From Strigamia acuminata (Eukaryota), in NCBI GenBank assembly GCA_949358305.1, contig OX442314.1:20212001-20276000 (forward strand): DNA of 64,000 nucleotides. Reading direction: 5' to 3'. The position numbers and the translations under genes were made by a program. Below, one piece after another: positions 1-15,143 of the stretch (its first letter is position 1; every line of letters starts with the position of its first letter). Under the pieces are notes generated by a model that saw only the letters and a program-made list of their open reading frames with translations, was not told the origin of the DNA and made no database searches.

Positions 1-41
1 AAACTTTTGAAATTCTAAAAAAAAAAAAATATTTATTTTAC

Positions 42-2264
42 CTTGCTCCTACAATTAACTGATAGCCGGTAGGATCAAATATTAACTGCGAATAGGATGT
101 AACACCTGCTTTACTAAACCTTTGAATTGTGGGTGACAGTTCTAAAAAAAATAAAAAACAAACTTCAACTTAAGATATTCTGAATTAACATATAGTTCCC
201 CAAATGATACTTTTAGTAAACAAATTCCGTCATAAAAATCCCAGAATATATAGATTTCTTCGTATAAAAAAACCAAAAGTATAACAGATAATTAATTTTG
301 CTTACAGTTTACAATTTCAAACTGATTTCATCAGGTAATTTTGCAATTATAATGAAAAAAAATGAAAAAAATGTAACAGATGGTTTTTCTCCTTAAAGGT
401 CAATGGAACTGTTTCGATGAAAAGATAGCGAGAAAAAAAAACCACTTGTACAAGAATGTAGACAGTGCAGGCTGTAAAACAGGTCACCTCACTTATATAG
501 ATGCAAATAAACTCCTCCGTCTTGTTCTGGTGACGCCCAATAAGAATGGATTAATATAGTAACCCTATACAATCAACATTAAACACGAGTGCCATCCATG
601 TTTACAAGTTCAATTGAAAAAACTTATTTTCCTAAATTGCATGAAATGCTAGATAAATTTGATATATTACTTTGGAATTAAATTTTAATCAAACCCTAAG
701 ACAATTATTAAGCTCATTTTTATGCTAATTATAAAAAAAAGAAAATAAATAAACGAATTCCTATCATTGGCTGAACTACATGTTGACAAATTGAATTTTA
801 CAAGTTGTCAGCATTGGGAGGTGCTCAAATGGATTACTGTACTTAAAGACATTTGGCAACAAGTGGAACATTATCACTTTTCTTATGAAAATTGTCATTT
901 GATCTTATAAAAAAAAATAATAATAACTTTAATTAACTTTAACAAAATGTTTGATATGTAAATGCAACTCATAAAAATAACATCTTGAACAAAAACCTTA
1001 TGAAATTCATGACCTGGACTCATTATTAATTTGAATTTTATTTGAATTTGAATTCCATTTTCATCTCCTCCCTTCTCTATAATAATTCCCAGGGTCAACT
1101 GATAGTACTGGGTCAATAACATATGGCTTTCAACTTTCTAAGTGAGTAAAATACTAAAAGAGAAAGGAAAGAAAGTCCCTCATTATTGTATCAATACATA
1201 ATTACTGGACCAGCAGACAAAACCTTCGTGATATGAATTACTAAGACTACTTCTCATGAGAAACCTTCTAATTGCCATCAAGCTCTATGCCAAGTTAAAA
1301 GCATTCCCACCCCACCTCTACATTTTTTATATCCTAAAAGAGAAAAAAAACAACTCAAGCGCTGTGTAGAATTGTTTGTCACGGACGATTTATAAAGAGG
1401 GTTCAGATTTATGTTACGGTGACAAAATTTTCATTTAAATTAGAGCTATGAAGTGTCAGTGATTTACTGAACCCCTGTCACAAACACAAAGAAAAATGCT
1501 TGAGGTAAAAAGATCAGTGAAAGCAGTCAAGGTACTTTTGGCCAAATGTAAAATAGCAAATTACTGGTAACAAAACAACTAGAGTTGTTTTGAAAGGTTT
1601 TTGACAGATTGAATTAAGTAAATTCAATGGTCAAATTATGATTGTTTCTGGTGTTGCATAATAAACCATTTTTACATCCATTCTAGGCTTGTTTGGAGAA
1701 CCGAGTGAAATTAGATTTCCAGCACTAGATGGCCTTCATCATTGTTGTTTTCACTTTACCTTTGTAACATGACTCAAAGATCACGTTACAAAGGTAAAAT
1801 TACAAAGTTATTAGTTCAGATTAGCAATAAACAATGGACTCTGAACGAAATGAACACGATCCGCAACACAGGTGTGTTGATATAATCTTTGAACTATATT
1901 TAAAATTAATATTAATCGTTCTAAGTTTCATTTTAGAAGTAAACAATCAAGTTAAATTTGTATTGCACGAGAATTTGATTTAAATACGCACAAATTACAT
2001 ATCGTGCATTCTTTAACAAATTGGTTGCGAACAATTTTCAGTTGAAACCAAAACCAAAACAAAAAATTTTAACAAGCCGTATTGTAATCTCCACACCTTT
2101 TTTCCCCTTCTTTTTAAATTTTTTTTTTTACCTTCGTATGATATGTGCCTAAAATCATAAATTTGCTCACTATCTTCACGAGCAGAAGACAAGAAAATTC
2201 CACTCAAGGACACAAATATAAAGATGAGTTGGTGGAACGTCCACAATGAGCCAAAGAAGGTCAT
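42..2264 (-). CDS. Sema5: Semaphorin-5 (Sema5/Sema-5c-like), first two coding exons (2264-2132, 141-42); gene continues beyond the left edge
   Basis: Spliced peptide MTFFGSLWTFHQLIFIFVSLSGIFLSSAREDSEQIYDFRHISYE|ELSPTIQRFSKAGVTSYSQLIFDPTGYQLIVGAR: signal peptide plus the Sema-domain start resembling class-5 semaphorin (ISY..; FSQLTFDP...LVVGAR). GT-AG junctions are phase-compatible. Confidence 0.85.
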
Positions 2265-5200
2265 CTTAATCCAGTTACATCAGATTGGTCCAAATTGTGC
2301 TTTAATAATGTGCCATGGTCATCTACGGAATAAAAAATATTCAAATAAATTAACGAACGGTAGAGATTTAAGTTATCACCTTTTCCTTTTCTGAAAATAG
2401 CAACTGATTAGATACGTTTTGTTTATTTTCATTTTCACTTGACAAATTACAACCACTTGACATGTAACGGAAAAAAAGTGCATGTGAAAAAAAAAAAAAC
2501 TTTACTACATCTCTACCTTTTCCTATTTTCACAAGAAATGTGTGAATTCAATTTTAGAAATTCAATAAATAACAAAATTGTGAAATATATAATCTTTTCT
2601 TGAAACTTCCTCGTGGAAAATTGTTTTGCCAATCAATATAAACTACTTCCTTCTCCCTCTATTATCATGTTAAATCAAAAAATTATTTTAATATCATGTT
2701 AGATAATACAAAAATAAATATGTAATAAGCTTATTCATTTTTAGCTGCGTGGCATAGCTACCACGAGCGGATTTATAGATTCTCGCAGGAGAGGTCTCCC
2801 TGCAACTTCAGGGTCCTCCAAATTCAAAACAAAAAAATAATTTTCCAAAAATAATATACAAAAAAATTTTTTTTAGAAATTTTTTTCAATTAGGGCCCTG
2901 AAAATGATGCAAGAAGGACCCCCCAGACCGTAAATCCGCCTCTGATAGCTGTCCCTTATGTAATCCCAAAATTCACCAAAAATTGACGAAATGAGGATAA
3001 ATTTATGCCTGATCAGTTCACTCTTTAAAACTTATCGCTGATGTGCATTAAAGTTTTAATAAAGAATCCTCCTACTGATTGCAACTTAATAGTCAATTAA
3101 ATATTTCAAAAAGAAAAAAAAAAAGACTAAGACCAGTTTCTGCGCGTCCATTTTTTCTTACTTTAAAAATTGCATTTAAAAAAACCTTGTTTAATAATCA
3201 GTTGTAATATCAAAAGCAAAGGATTTGACCTATGGAATGTAATATGGACACAGTTATGATTTGCATAAGATATAACACATGCTATTAAATATGGCCATAC
3301 ATAGAAAAGGACAAGACCTTTTTTCCTTCAGAAAATCAAGAAAAAAACCTCCAATAACCAAGGCAACAATCTCACCCTTTCCACAGTTCACTAATTACAC
3401 ATTTAATTATACGTTGCCACAAAGACAACACAATAAATTGCCAATTTTTGCTCATTTAAAAACCACTTTGTTTCAATTAAGTAATTGTATCCACCATTTT
3501 TAAATCAATTATTTCCATTTCTGCACTCCTTTATTTTTAATTTAAGTCCCATATATGAAAATATGTCAATTAAATTAAACCAGATTAAATTACAGACCAC
3601 AACTTTGCTATGTGACTCGAATGCCAAAACCATGTGTGAGAAAAGATTTTAACAGTTGAGGAAATATAAATAAACCACTAATGCAGAATGATTTAACAAG
3701 TTCCCAAAAAGGTGGCAATAAATCAATGCAGAAATAATAAAGTGCAGTTTTAAATAATGTCATTGCACAGTTGGCTTCGCTTGTATTTGCACACAACAAT
3801 AATTAAAGTAAACTTAAGCAAAAAAAAATGGGTCCAACATTGCCCTGCAATTGTGCAAAGATCCAGGAATAAGGCTGGCCTGTCCATTTCAAAAGAACCA
3901 TCCCTAAGCCTAACGCTGGCATTAAAATGAACTAGATTTCGTTCGAATTTCCAACATCCCGATATGCACATCAAGACTGGTAGGGTTTAAGGTTAATGAT
4001 CACTCTTAAAATACTCGCATTTCCATCTTTTGTCAAGTACATGGACCCACAGAACCCTGGAGACCTAAACAGGTTAGAAATACAAATGAGGGTTCCCCTT
4101 TCCCATCAGTCAAAAGGGTCTTAGTTAAGAACCACAGACGAACTTCCAGGGGTGCTGAAAGTATGGTTTGTTTAGTCAACACTCTTGATTCTTGAGTGTG
4201 CAGGAATCTGCAGAAATGCAGTCTTGTGTTATTACAGATGAGTTTAACTTTAACATCAGAACATTCTCTCTGCACTTTGCAATTTTCTAATGACAATTTA
4301 AAATAAAAAATTTAAATTTTCAAAATGGAGCCCAAAATGAGTCTAAAAACCCAGTAATTTATAGCGAAAATAATTGCTATTTAAATTTACTACCTTTTTT
4401 TCCCCCTTCAATTCTGGCCAACTTTTTTGAAAAAATTTTTGATATATTTGTTTATATAAATAAATTTAGGAAATTCTCTAAGCCCCACCCCTTCTCCCTC
4501 CAGTAAAAAAAACAAAAACATTTAAAAAAAAAAAAAACTTAAACAAAAATAATAAAACATACTACTAATAACTTTTCAACCCCCCTGATCTCCATTTTCA
4601 AACTAAAACCTCAAAACTACCACAAACAAGACCCACAAACCCAAATAACACCACCATTTGGTGTCCCAAAAAAAAACCACTTGCACAAACCAAACATTTT
4701 CCTCAAAAAACAAACTCAAAACAACCCAACAACAAAAAAAAAACCTTTTTCTTAAAAAAAAAGTCTTCCAAACTTAAACCCCAACACAAAAATTGAGCCC
4801 TGCAGCACACACCATCCCAGAGACCCCGCACCTCACCTAGGGGTGCTTAAGCAGTCACTCCAGCTCCTGCAGCCCTGCGGTGCACCCAAACCCAGCATAA
4901 AACACAACACAAAACACATGCAACAAACGTCATAACAATTCTAATTACTCCACCATTCAGCAACATCACGAACTCGCATTTTCACCCACGCATTCACTAC
5001 CTACCTTCACTCACTGTGCGTTTGGGTGGGCGCTCGCACACGCTACTCGGCCAACCATTGCTCCCATGTCCATCAGTGACCTTGACAAGCTAAACCAGGG
5101 CCTCCAATCCTTTTCTATAGCCTCGGGGGTGCGCAACTTTCAAGAACCTCTCTCAATCACAGATTTTCTCTTCTAGCTTCGGATTATTTCGATTACTAGC

Positions 5201-5809
5201 ACTAAAAATAGCAATTTGCCAGTTAGCAAACTTGGGAGTTTTGTTCTGCTTAGTGCAGCAAGAGCAGCATTGCTGATCCACTTCTTTTTCTTGCTGATGT
5301 CTTGCTGGTTCCAAGGAGGGGAGAGAATGGTAGCCGAGTTCAAAACTGTGTGAGGGGAGTTGGCAAGTCAAGTGAATAATGTTGTTTCTCTCCTCTTTGC
5401 CATCTTGAGGGGGTTTGGATTTGCCACATGGAAAAAAAATGTTAGGTCTGCTCGGCTTTGACCCTTGGTGCCCCCTTCTCATTATATACAATAGGTGGCA
5501 CAATGGTGAGTTCAGTTATTGGACTATTAAGTTTAGAGGTTGTAGGTTTGAATAGTGAATGTGGATTCTGCAGGGGACAAAAACAAGAAAAGTTGTTTGA
5601 ATTAGTTATGTATTCAAAGTGCTGTTTGAATCATTTGTTTCGGATGAGTAATAGTAAAGTTGATTTTCTTTCTTTTTTTTCGAAAAAAAATGAATTTTAA
5701 ATTACGCCAATTTGTATATATTTGGTTTAAATTACAGGTGCAGGGTTAGTTAGTAATAAGACAGAGAAAATTGCACTTTAGGAGCAAAATAAAGATGTAC
5801 GTTTTGAAG

Positions 5810-6270
5810 ACGCACTTTTTAAGTACAAAAATGCATTTCGTAGATGCAAAAATGCATTTTTTGTGTATAAAAATGCATATTTAATATATAAAAATGCATA
5901 TTTAATGTGAAAAAATGCATTTTTAATGTGTACGAATGCACTTATAATATTTAAAAATAATGTATAAAAATGCATTTCTAGATGCAAAAGTACATTTCTT
6001 GAGGGCAAAAATGCATTTTTAGGTGCAAATGTTCACTTTTTAAGGGCAAAAATGTATTTTTAGGTGCAAAAGTACACTTCTTGAGTGCAAAAATGCATTC
6101 TTAGGTGAAAAAGTACACTTCTTAAGTGCAAAAATGCATTCTTAGGTGAAAAAGTACACTTCTTAAGTGCAAAAACTTATTTTTCTTACATGCAAAATGA
6201 ATTTATTAGGCGTAAAAATTAATTTTTAAGTGCAAAATTGCATTTTTTAAGTGTACACATGCATTTTTTA
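5810..6270. repeat. Degenerate ~21/42-bp tandem minisatellite
   Basis: Repeated AAAATGCATTTTTAGGTGCA / AAAAGTACACTTCTTAAGTGCA-like units. Confidence 0.8.
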
Positions 6271-9200
6271 AAACAAGACTTTGCTAACTTCGATCATTAT
6301 CAATCACATTTTAATTGTTGCAACGATTATTGGCTGCTCATAACCCATCTGGAACCCCGACTTAAAAATGAATACACCATGAAAAAAATTTGCACCCTTG
6401 CAGACAAGATTTCTCCGAGGTGGTTTACAAAAATAGACCAAACTATGAATATTAAACAACAATAGCATGTTATTTTAATGACTCTTTACTGACCAACCTA
6501 ATTTAGTGCCATGTAAATGAGAAAAATAAATTATCCCTAGACATATTGTGCACTTGCACTAATAGCCTTCCTCCCTCCCACCCCCCACCCCCCTAATTAA
6601 TTTGAACACGCGAAATTCCCACAAAAGTGTCGCTGTCATGGCAATGGATTCGAAGGCAATTGCAAATAAGAAAATGGGTCAAAGCCATATTTCGGATAAG
6701 CATTTTGAGAATAAAGAAGGTTCCACCCCTGCAGATGCAACCAAAATCTACCGCCCAACAAATAATAAAAAACACAGCAAGTAGTATACACTTTGGAGTC
6801 GAAGCCGCCTTCATAATAAAACCTTAACCATCATTCAACAGGTCACAAAGGTTATCTCAATCTGCAGGTTCCACGAGAAGGAAATCAATGCAAGAAGCTA
6901 TCCTATCGCTGCATCATCTTATTCTTATCAAATATCATGCAGAATAAGAATTAAACACAATTTATTGGCCATTATACGCGCTGAAATTTGCTTACTCGGC
7001 GCGGCTTCTGTGCAGAATTTCATTCTATTTATAAAAACAGAATGTTGAGGGAGTCAAATTCAACTCTCTATAACTCCTGCATTGCTCGTCGTTGACGATC
7101 AAATTGTCTGAGACTTATGTTGCTGTTATTTCCTTGAAAAACTGGAAAGTCTACTTGCCCTTATCGTGTATTTAAATATATTAGTATCAGTCGTTTTAAT
7201 AACAAACTTGTTTACACGAAATTCCTTTGTAAAAATCAAAATTTCTTCTTCCTGACAACTCATTTCAAATGCAGCCGGGACCCGGAACCAACCACAGGAT
7301 CCACATTCAACATAAATTTCTTTTTCATGTATTTTCATGCGACATTCTCTTGGGACAAGCACACACCATTAAATTTCATTTAGTATCCAAAAAAGTCAAA
7401 ATATTTACATCTTTTATTTATTTAAAAATCTTAAATTCTAACACTGCAAAAATGTCAGATTTATAACGTAATAAATTTCAATAAATGCATACGCAAATTT
7501 AATATTTTAGAATAAAATTACACTTCAGCTTATAAACCTTGAGATATACAGCAACTGGTGCACTATTGTCCCACACAAATTTAAATCGCATTTAATTACA
7601 TTTAATTACCCTATAAATTCATTATCTGGATACTTAAAAGGTAAATCATGTATAACTCATCATATAAAACCCTTTTTATTTCACAGATGTTTAACTAAAT
7701 GACCAAAAATACCCAAGAGAACACGACCTGCCCATTTGGCCTTCAGATGTGTTCCTTTTTTTTTAATTTAACTTCCATTCCACTCTTTCAAATCAGTTCA
7801 CTTTTCCCAGAAAAAATTAAAACTTTTTTTTTTTAAAAGTTTTTTTTCATGTAGTTAATTACTTATTATACTATAATTAAGCTAAGATGGAGTAACTCCC
7901 AACATATTTAATTAATATACTGGTATGTATTTAAAAACATGTTCAATTAATGTATTTGATTAATGTACACATGATGAGAACAAGCAATGTAAAGAAAAAC
8001 CTATATAGTAAGTCACCATGGGTGGCCTTTGCATATATATATTTTTTTCTGAATTAGTAATGTACTAAAGAATTTCAGTCTAATAAAGCCACATGAAATA
8101 TTTAAATTTCATTGAGTTGACATTTGAAACCCAAGTAAATACAAGAATAAATGGGGGAACCTTGATCTATGGCATGTGAAAGCCAGTTTTTTATGAATCT
8201 CGTTTTCACTTTTACTTAAAAACTTTGAAAACAACAAAAAATAAACTGTGAATGATTTCATTTTAACTCAAATATCCATTACAACCTCCCAGCAACTTAT
8301 TCAATTCTTTAAAAACGTTAAATATAGAGTAAACTTCAAGGATATTTTCTACAAGTCCCTTTTTCCTACAGCTACATTGTATGGGTGGAGTTTTCAGTTC
8401 TGAAGACAATGAAATGGTTCAATGGACTTTGAAGAGATGACTAAAACTTAAAGCTGTTGAATTGTTGATTACTTCCACTTTCACTGGATGCTCGCTTATT
8501 TACACTCATTATTCGAAAACAAAAAAAAAATATGTCAGGTATATAAATGATTTCAGTTCAGCCAGTGCTAATTTGTAAATAAAAAGGTCCTGGAGTCCTG
8601 TCACAATAACTAAACCTTTCCATATAGATAACTTGCACACTTGTCCCAGGGCAAATGCAAAGAAGTTGCTAGATGATTGTAGATCCTGACTTTGATAGGC
8701 ACCATTACACATCAGACGTTTGGTATTTTTACCACGTGTTTGAGTGCAAATCAGAAGCCATGTTTTTATTATTTATTATTTATCCAAGCAGGATATTGAT
8801 TTCTAATCAAATTTATCGGATAAAACAATACAGTCACTGAATGATGACTAAATGCATGCCGCAAGATAGTGATAATCCCAATGCACTGATTATTTCATCA
8901 CCAGAATTGCACTTGATGGACAATCGTGGACAAAAAAAATTGTTGCCTTTTCCCTTTGTCCACAATTGTACAGACATTGTAATCAAAAAAAAAATTCAAA
9001 AATTGTTTGCTTTCCTGACAAAGCAACCAATAAATTAAACAAACATGTATGATGATATTGATGAATTAAAAACAGCATAAAACTTAATTTCATAAATGGA
9101 TAAAACATTTCATTATAAAATACAATTAAAATTATATCATTTTAATCATTATAATAATCATAAAAATAAAAAAAATATAAAACTACTTTTCCTGGTGGTA

Positions 9201-11632
9201 GTACACAGTCTACAGTTAGGAGTAATGAGATTCGGCCAATGGAAGAAAGGACCAATTTGTAGTGAACTAGAGTATAATTTGGTTTAGTTTTATTAATTAA
9301 ATTTGGAGGCCATAATTTGGTTCCAGTAGTTTGTAACGTAGGGGGTACGAAGGAACTTTTTTTGTATTTCACACACTTGCCCCAAAAATACTCGTATGAT
9401 AATAACACACCATATTTCCGCGATTAAGAGTCACACTTGAATAATAACGGCCCTTAAAAGTGTAGTTGTGGCCGAGAGCAACGATTTGATATAATAGCTG
9501 CCCTTGAATAGGAACTGCAGTTATTATTCAATGAATTTTATACTTTTCTATTTTTATGTATCTTCTCATGCAGATTTTTTTCACCCATTCTACAAATTTT
9601 AATCGAGTTCCATCAAATCTCCCATGTTACGTGACAATCGCGTTCTTCTTCTTTTTACGTTTGTTTTTAATTCCACGGACGCAAAACGAATGTAAAACAC
9701 TGCTCTCGGCCACTTCTATAATTAAGAGTCATCCTTGAATTATAGATACATAAAAAAGCGACCATTTGAAATAAAAGCAGATATTTAATACGCTATACAC
9801 ACATTTCAACACGTAGCTAGCTGAGCCGCACTCACTTCCAAAGCAAATTCAAAGAAAGTGCCAATTGCACAAGTTTCTGAATATCCCAAATGTTTACTTG
9901 CTTTTCTACGAATACAGAACGATTCTCACAAAATCATCCGCAGCTGCACACACTAGCTACCTTCTTTTGCTTCCTTACCAACTAAGAGCTGGAAAACTAT
10001 CCGAAGCTCCAGCTGGCTTTTTAAAAACTTTCTCTACTTTATCCCATTGTATAAAGAAACAAAAATGCTTTCTCAGTAAATTCTATTGGATCTTTATGTT
10101 AATAAATGTATACAAACTCCCTTTAACCACACGCTATTCATACACTTCGTCAATTTTAATGGCGGCTAAACAACCAACTTTTGAAAACACGTTTAATCAA
10201 CTAAATATTAATTAAAAATACCTATAAATATTAACGAAACACTTTTATCTCCTAATTAGTCATCATTCCCATTATATTTCCCACAAAATCCTTGACTTAA
10301 TATACAAAAAATTCTGATTACAATCTCACACAAAAAAACCGTCAATACTCTTAATAATTTAGTCCTAAGATTGCAACACACTTAAGCGATACAAAAAAAT
10401 CTATTCAAATTAAATCCACACGTTTTGCACAGCCAGACAGATTTACAATGCCTTTTTTTGTACCAACAGAGTCTGAAACCACACAACTGGATTCCAGTTA
10501 CATGAAATACCTCGAATCATTACCTCGCTCGCATAAGATTAATACTTTTTCCTCAATTTTCTCCTAATTTAATGGATTCGTGTAATATGGGTTGAGTGGA
10601 GCACGCACGCTTTGTGGTGTAGACTGGTTTCTTCATGCTTGGTCGAGCATTTGATGTATGGCTCCTTCGCTGCCCTTGACTTCCCCGTTTAACTTTTTTA
10701 TTCCTCTAATTTAGTGACTGATTAAATATTCCTTTTCCCCCTTCCTTCCTTCATTTCGTTAACAGTAAAAGTGATAAACCTTCACTATACTAGGTCAAAA
10801 TGAATATATATATACAAACTAATAAGGTTTTTTTTAATTTTACAATTTTTCACACAAGACATCAAGGTCTAGCGGTATAAAGCTCGTTATACTGAAGAAA
10901 AAAAAACATTTCCACGAATGGAAAAGGGGTACAAGCTGCTATAATTAGTCTCCATATATTAATGATGCGTAAACAATTGAGCAGTGGCAAGAAAAAAAAA
11001 ATACAAAGAAAAGTTGACGCAATCAAACTGAAAGAAAGGTGAACAGGATTCGACGAAATTAAAAGGAAATATTTGCAATATTCGTCCCTGTTATCCTTAT
11101 CTGATTGTATGGAGTCAGCCTATATAGCCAAGAGAGATGTTTAGCCTTCATCGGTAGATAGTAATTAGGTCTAAGTATTAGTCTCAAATTCATGGATCAA
11201 TGCAATTATCAGAAATTAGAAAAACTGGAAAGCCCTTAAAACATCCATCAAAAAATATTTTTTAGTCAAATTTTGTATAAAAAAAATTAAAAATCTCTCA
11301 AATCAGACCTTTTGTGTCACGACGCAGAGGTGAGATGAAGTTTGGTTTAGTCGCAACGTGGGGTCTGGGCCTGTACGAATAAAATCCATAAATGCACAAA
11401 GCATAAATTTTTTTTCCATGTATTATTAAATTGCACAAAAGTCTAAATCTTTTTGTTTCTAACTCGAGGACCCCCGAACTTTAAAGAACCCCACCCCTTA
11501 TGTCCTGTCCTTTGTTTTAAATTCAGCAAATTTGATCCAAATTGGATAAAATATCCTTCAACTGCCATTTCGAGGATCGAACCTCCCACATCATGGCTTG
11601 AAATGCTGTTTGCAGTCAACATTGTTGATTAA

Positions 11633-12019
11633 CCCTCGCAGCCCCAACCTAAAAAAAATCCCTTACTCTCCCAACCTGGGTCATTTTTGACCCCAAGCCA
11701 AAAACTTTTTTCCAAAAATGAGTGAAAATGATTTTATTCTCTGAGTATTTCATGTTTATGAAGAAATTTAAGCAATTTAGTATTTGTCAAAAAAGCGCGA
11801 CAAAAATAATTGACATTGTATTCAAAAGTAGTGAGCAAACAAAGAAATTTTGTGAAAATTTTTTTTTGCAATTTTTAAATCTATTATTTTTTTTATTGTT
11901 TGTTATGATGTTAAATGAAAATACATGAAATTTCAGAATAAAAGTCCCAACAGTTTATGAGAAAAAAAATAAAAACACTTTTGGAGGTCAAAATTGACCC
12001 TAGGTTGGGGTGGAGAGGG
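11633..12019. mobile_element. piggyBac-type non-autonomous element (MITE)
   Basis: TTAA|CCCTCGCAGCCCCAACCT ... AGGTTGGGGTGGAGAGGG|TTAA, with subterminal GGTCA..TTGACC inverted motifs. Confidence 0.8.
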
Positions 12020-13462
12020 TTAAGCAAACTAACCATCTGAAATAATTTTTGTAAAATTCTCTTTCGCAGTGATATAGCAAAATAAAAGGTAGTAAAATTT
12101 CCCACTAGAACGCATTCATAAAGTAAGTTCGACTAAACAGCATTTTAAACAACAAATTTAAACTGCTTTTCTTGATCCAACTTGAAAAATTGTTGGCGAT
12201 TTAGTCCGTTTTCAGTCGCAACGGGCACGCGCACGACATTTCACAAGAAAACAAGTTTAACTGCAAGTTAAACATGACTTTGTCAATGCGCCTACTGTAT
12301 TGATTTTGGTTTCCTCTTAGATAATTATCAATTCTAACCACCACAGGAAAGACCCTTGTCGTTTTTCATTGTACACGAAACAATATTAAGGCGAGCAATA
12401 ACCTGCGACCTGATTTACTTGAAGCTCTTCAGTGATAAATGACTGCCCTTTAACACAACTCCTTAATTCTTTTCCTCCAAATCCCAAACATAAAATCCAA
12501 ATCGTGTTCTTCGTATTACCAAAAGGAGCAAATAGGCGCCAACCGTGCACCTTCCTTTCTTTTATTGCGTTTTACTCAAAATTCGAAATGTAAAGTGAAT
12601 TCAGATGCGACTTAAATACAGCTCGTCTTAAGTTACCAAAAACAAATACTGCCGTCTAATATAGTAGAAATTTATTCCGAGGTTCTCGTGTAAGTGCTAT
12701 TTGAGGTCTCCGCCCTGAAAGAATTTACTAACTCCACCCATGCCCCAACAAAACAGCGTTGACTAGATATTTATTGTACGAGTATAACCTTCACGCTGAA
12801 AACCCTGTTTATTTACTACTGCGCTATAATAATAACCTACAGAGAAAAAGTTATTACCGGTATTTTCCTTTCTAATGTCTGCCTTATCAACTGTCGATGT
12901 TAAGTTACGAGATTTTTGCTATTTTCACATTTTATGTCCAAGGGAATTAATCAGCAATGAATTAATGACATAAAATTAATTAATTGATTTGAATTGATTA
13001 AATCTGATACTTATCTTGAAATAGTAGAAGATTTATTAGATGCCAATCATGTTTAAACTACTTTATTGGTCTTTTTCTCACACATGGCTCAAATTCAATC
13101 ATTAATTACACAGTGAAGTCAAAATTCAACATCCTTGGGGCCATCGTGCATACAGCTCCACGCCACCTTTCTTAATCTAGAAGAACGTTGGTGGGGCCTA
13201 AAACATATATTTGAACATTTCAACACCTTAAGATATTAGATCTTCATTATAAAAAGACAATTAAACACGCAACCGTACTTCAGTCTGCACTTTTTCATCC
13301 CTAATTAAACCAACTTTTTTATCGACATTACACGGCCCAGCCATAAATCCTTATCGTATCATTACCAAAAACTTAAAACACGCATTCGTTACGGCATCGA
13401 TGCAATCGTCTAAGAATGCGTTCGGTTTGTACGATCCTTCAGAAACGTCCGAAAAACATATA

Positions 13463-13743
13463 CAGTCGAAACTCTTTATAACGAATTATCGATATAACAA
13501 ATTATCGATATAACGAATTATCGATATAACGAATTATCGATATAACGAATTATCGATATAACGAATTATCGATATAACAAATTATCGATATAACAAATTA
13601 TCGATATAACAAATACTTAAAAATGACTGGTTTGGTTGGCTGGCCAAAGAACACCATGTTAAAAAATGTCGATATAACGAATTCACGCTATAACGAATCG
13701 ATTTTTCGAGTCCTTTGCGATTCGTTACAAAGAGTTTCGACTG
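13463..13743. mobile_element. Tc1/mariner (pogo/Tigger-like) MITE with an internal 16-bp tandem array
   Basis: TA|CAGTCGAAACTCTTTATAACGAAT ... ATTCGTTACAAAGAGTTTCGACTG|TA; about 8 copies of ATTATCGATATAAC(G/A)A at ~13485-13613. Confidence 0.9.
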
Positions 13744-14617
13744 TAGCGAAAATAGTGTATATAAGTAAGTGAATGATTCAGCTTTTTTAGTGTGCTATTA
13801 AGCAAAATAGTTGAGCAATGTTTAAATTACATAAAAAAAATAAAGAGTTATGCATTTCCAATTTTCACAAGGTTGGTTTCACACAAACGTTTTTGCTACT
13901 TTGAATGAACATCTCAGTGGATAGTGATAAATGATAAATGATAGTGGTGACCCTCTGGTGTAAATTAATTGCAGTTCTTCGAACTTTTTATTACTTCCAG
14001 GTAAGGTTAATCTTCAATCCAATTACACCAGGACAGCATTTGTACATTACGTGTACCTTGACACACAAATAGTGGCGCCAGTCTCAAACAACCACTTATA
14101 GGGTTAATCGGATAAGAAACTAAGTTGTCAGTTAATCATCCAACACTAACTTGCATGACACTTTCCACTGGCGTGATACTTTTCCAAACTCTTTTTTATC
14201 TGCACATATCGACCTTAGAAAGCGTTACTTTTTTCTTCCCCTTTGATGTCACACTTCAAACTGACGTCTCCAAGTCTAATAGCTTTTTTTCCACGCAGAT
14301 AAACATCACACCTGTTAATTACAAAGCTTGGAAGACAAACCGGATTGGTCTAAAAATATGTGATAAGCAATGGCTCTAATAAATGAATGTAAATCAAGAT
14401 GGGCTTTTGGTTTGCATAGCCACATTCATTTCTGAAGTGAGAAAACTTTTCTATTTTTTATACATTTATTGCAAATTACAGTTAATTCTTCAATTGGATT
14501 AATTTGGTTATTATGTAACACATTTGATGTTGATTGTATTATCAAATAAGGCTAAAGGTCAATCATACAGGATACATCTGCCCTTTTAATTTTATTGTCT
14601 TTTTTCTTTTTCTTTTT

Positions 14618-14886
14618 GGGGCCGTCCATAAATTACGTAACGCAAAATTTGGGATTTTTAGACACCCCCCCCCCCCCTGTAACATGGTCGTAACAAATTC
14701 CCAAAACCCCAGCCCCTAATTACGTAACAAAACTAAAATCCCCCCCCCCCAAATTTTCCAAAAATCGTATAAAAATGATTATATTTTGATTATTTAAAAT
14801 TTAAATTTTTTTTTTTACAAAAAACGTAACAAAATTTTAAACCCCCCCCCCCCCCTTGGTGCGTTACGTAATTTATGGACGGCCCC
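14618..14886. mobile_element. PIF/Harbinger-type MITE
   Basis: Perfect 27-bp TIR GGGGCCGTCCATAAATTACGTAACGCA; TTT on both flanks, compatible with a 3-bp TSD. Confidence 0.85.
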
Positions 14887-15143
14887 TTTTGTCGCTTTTT
14901 CCTGTGTTATTAAATACACAGAAGGAAAAAAAAGACAGCTTCATCTACGTTGTTAAAAGAATATTGTTTAACTTTTGTGTCGTTTAGAACGTCGTTACTT
15001 TTCAAAGTGCTCAGCTAAAAGATACTTATGTGGCAGTCACGGATCTCTTTTCTACGATGATTTACCTTATGGCAGAATTGCACTTTGCGCAAGCACATTA
15101 TCATAAGTCATTTCAAACTTACATTCAAAGAAGAAAAGGGACA

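Noticed and set aside
15..41. 27-nt GT-AG mini-intron in Sema5
   Set aside because: Too short, and the resulting peptide (RISKV) does not continue the Sema motif; the intron more likely extends past the window edge.
4500..5503. A/C-skewed low-complexity tract and 116-aa ORF 5153-5503
   Set aside because: No recognisable domain or splice structure; likely a decayed repeat or lower-quality sequence.
13485..13613. CRISPR-like regular repeats
   Set aside because: Head-to-tail 16-bp units with no spacers, inside a TA-flanked MITE in a eukaryotic genome.
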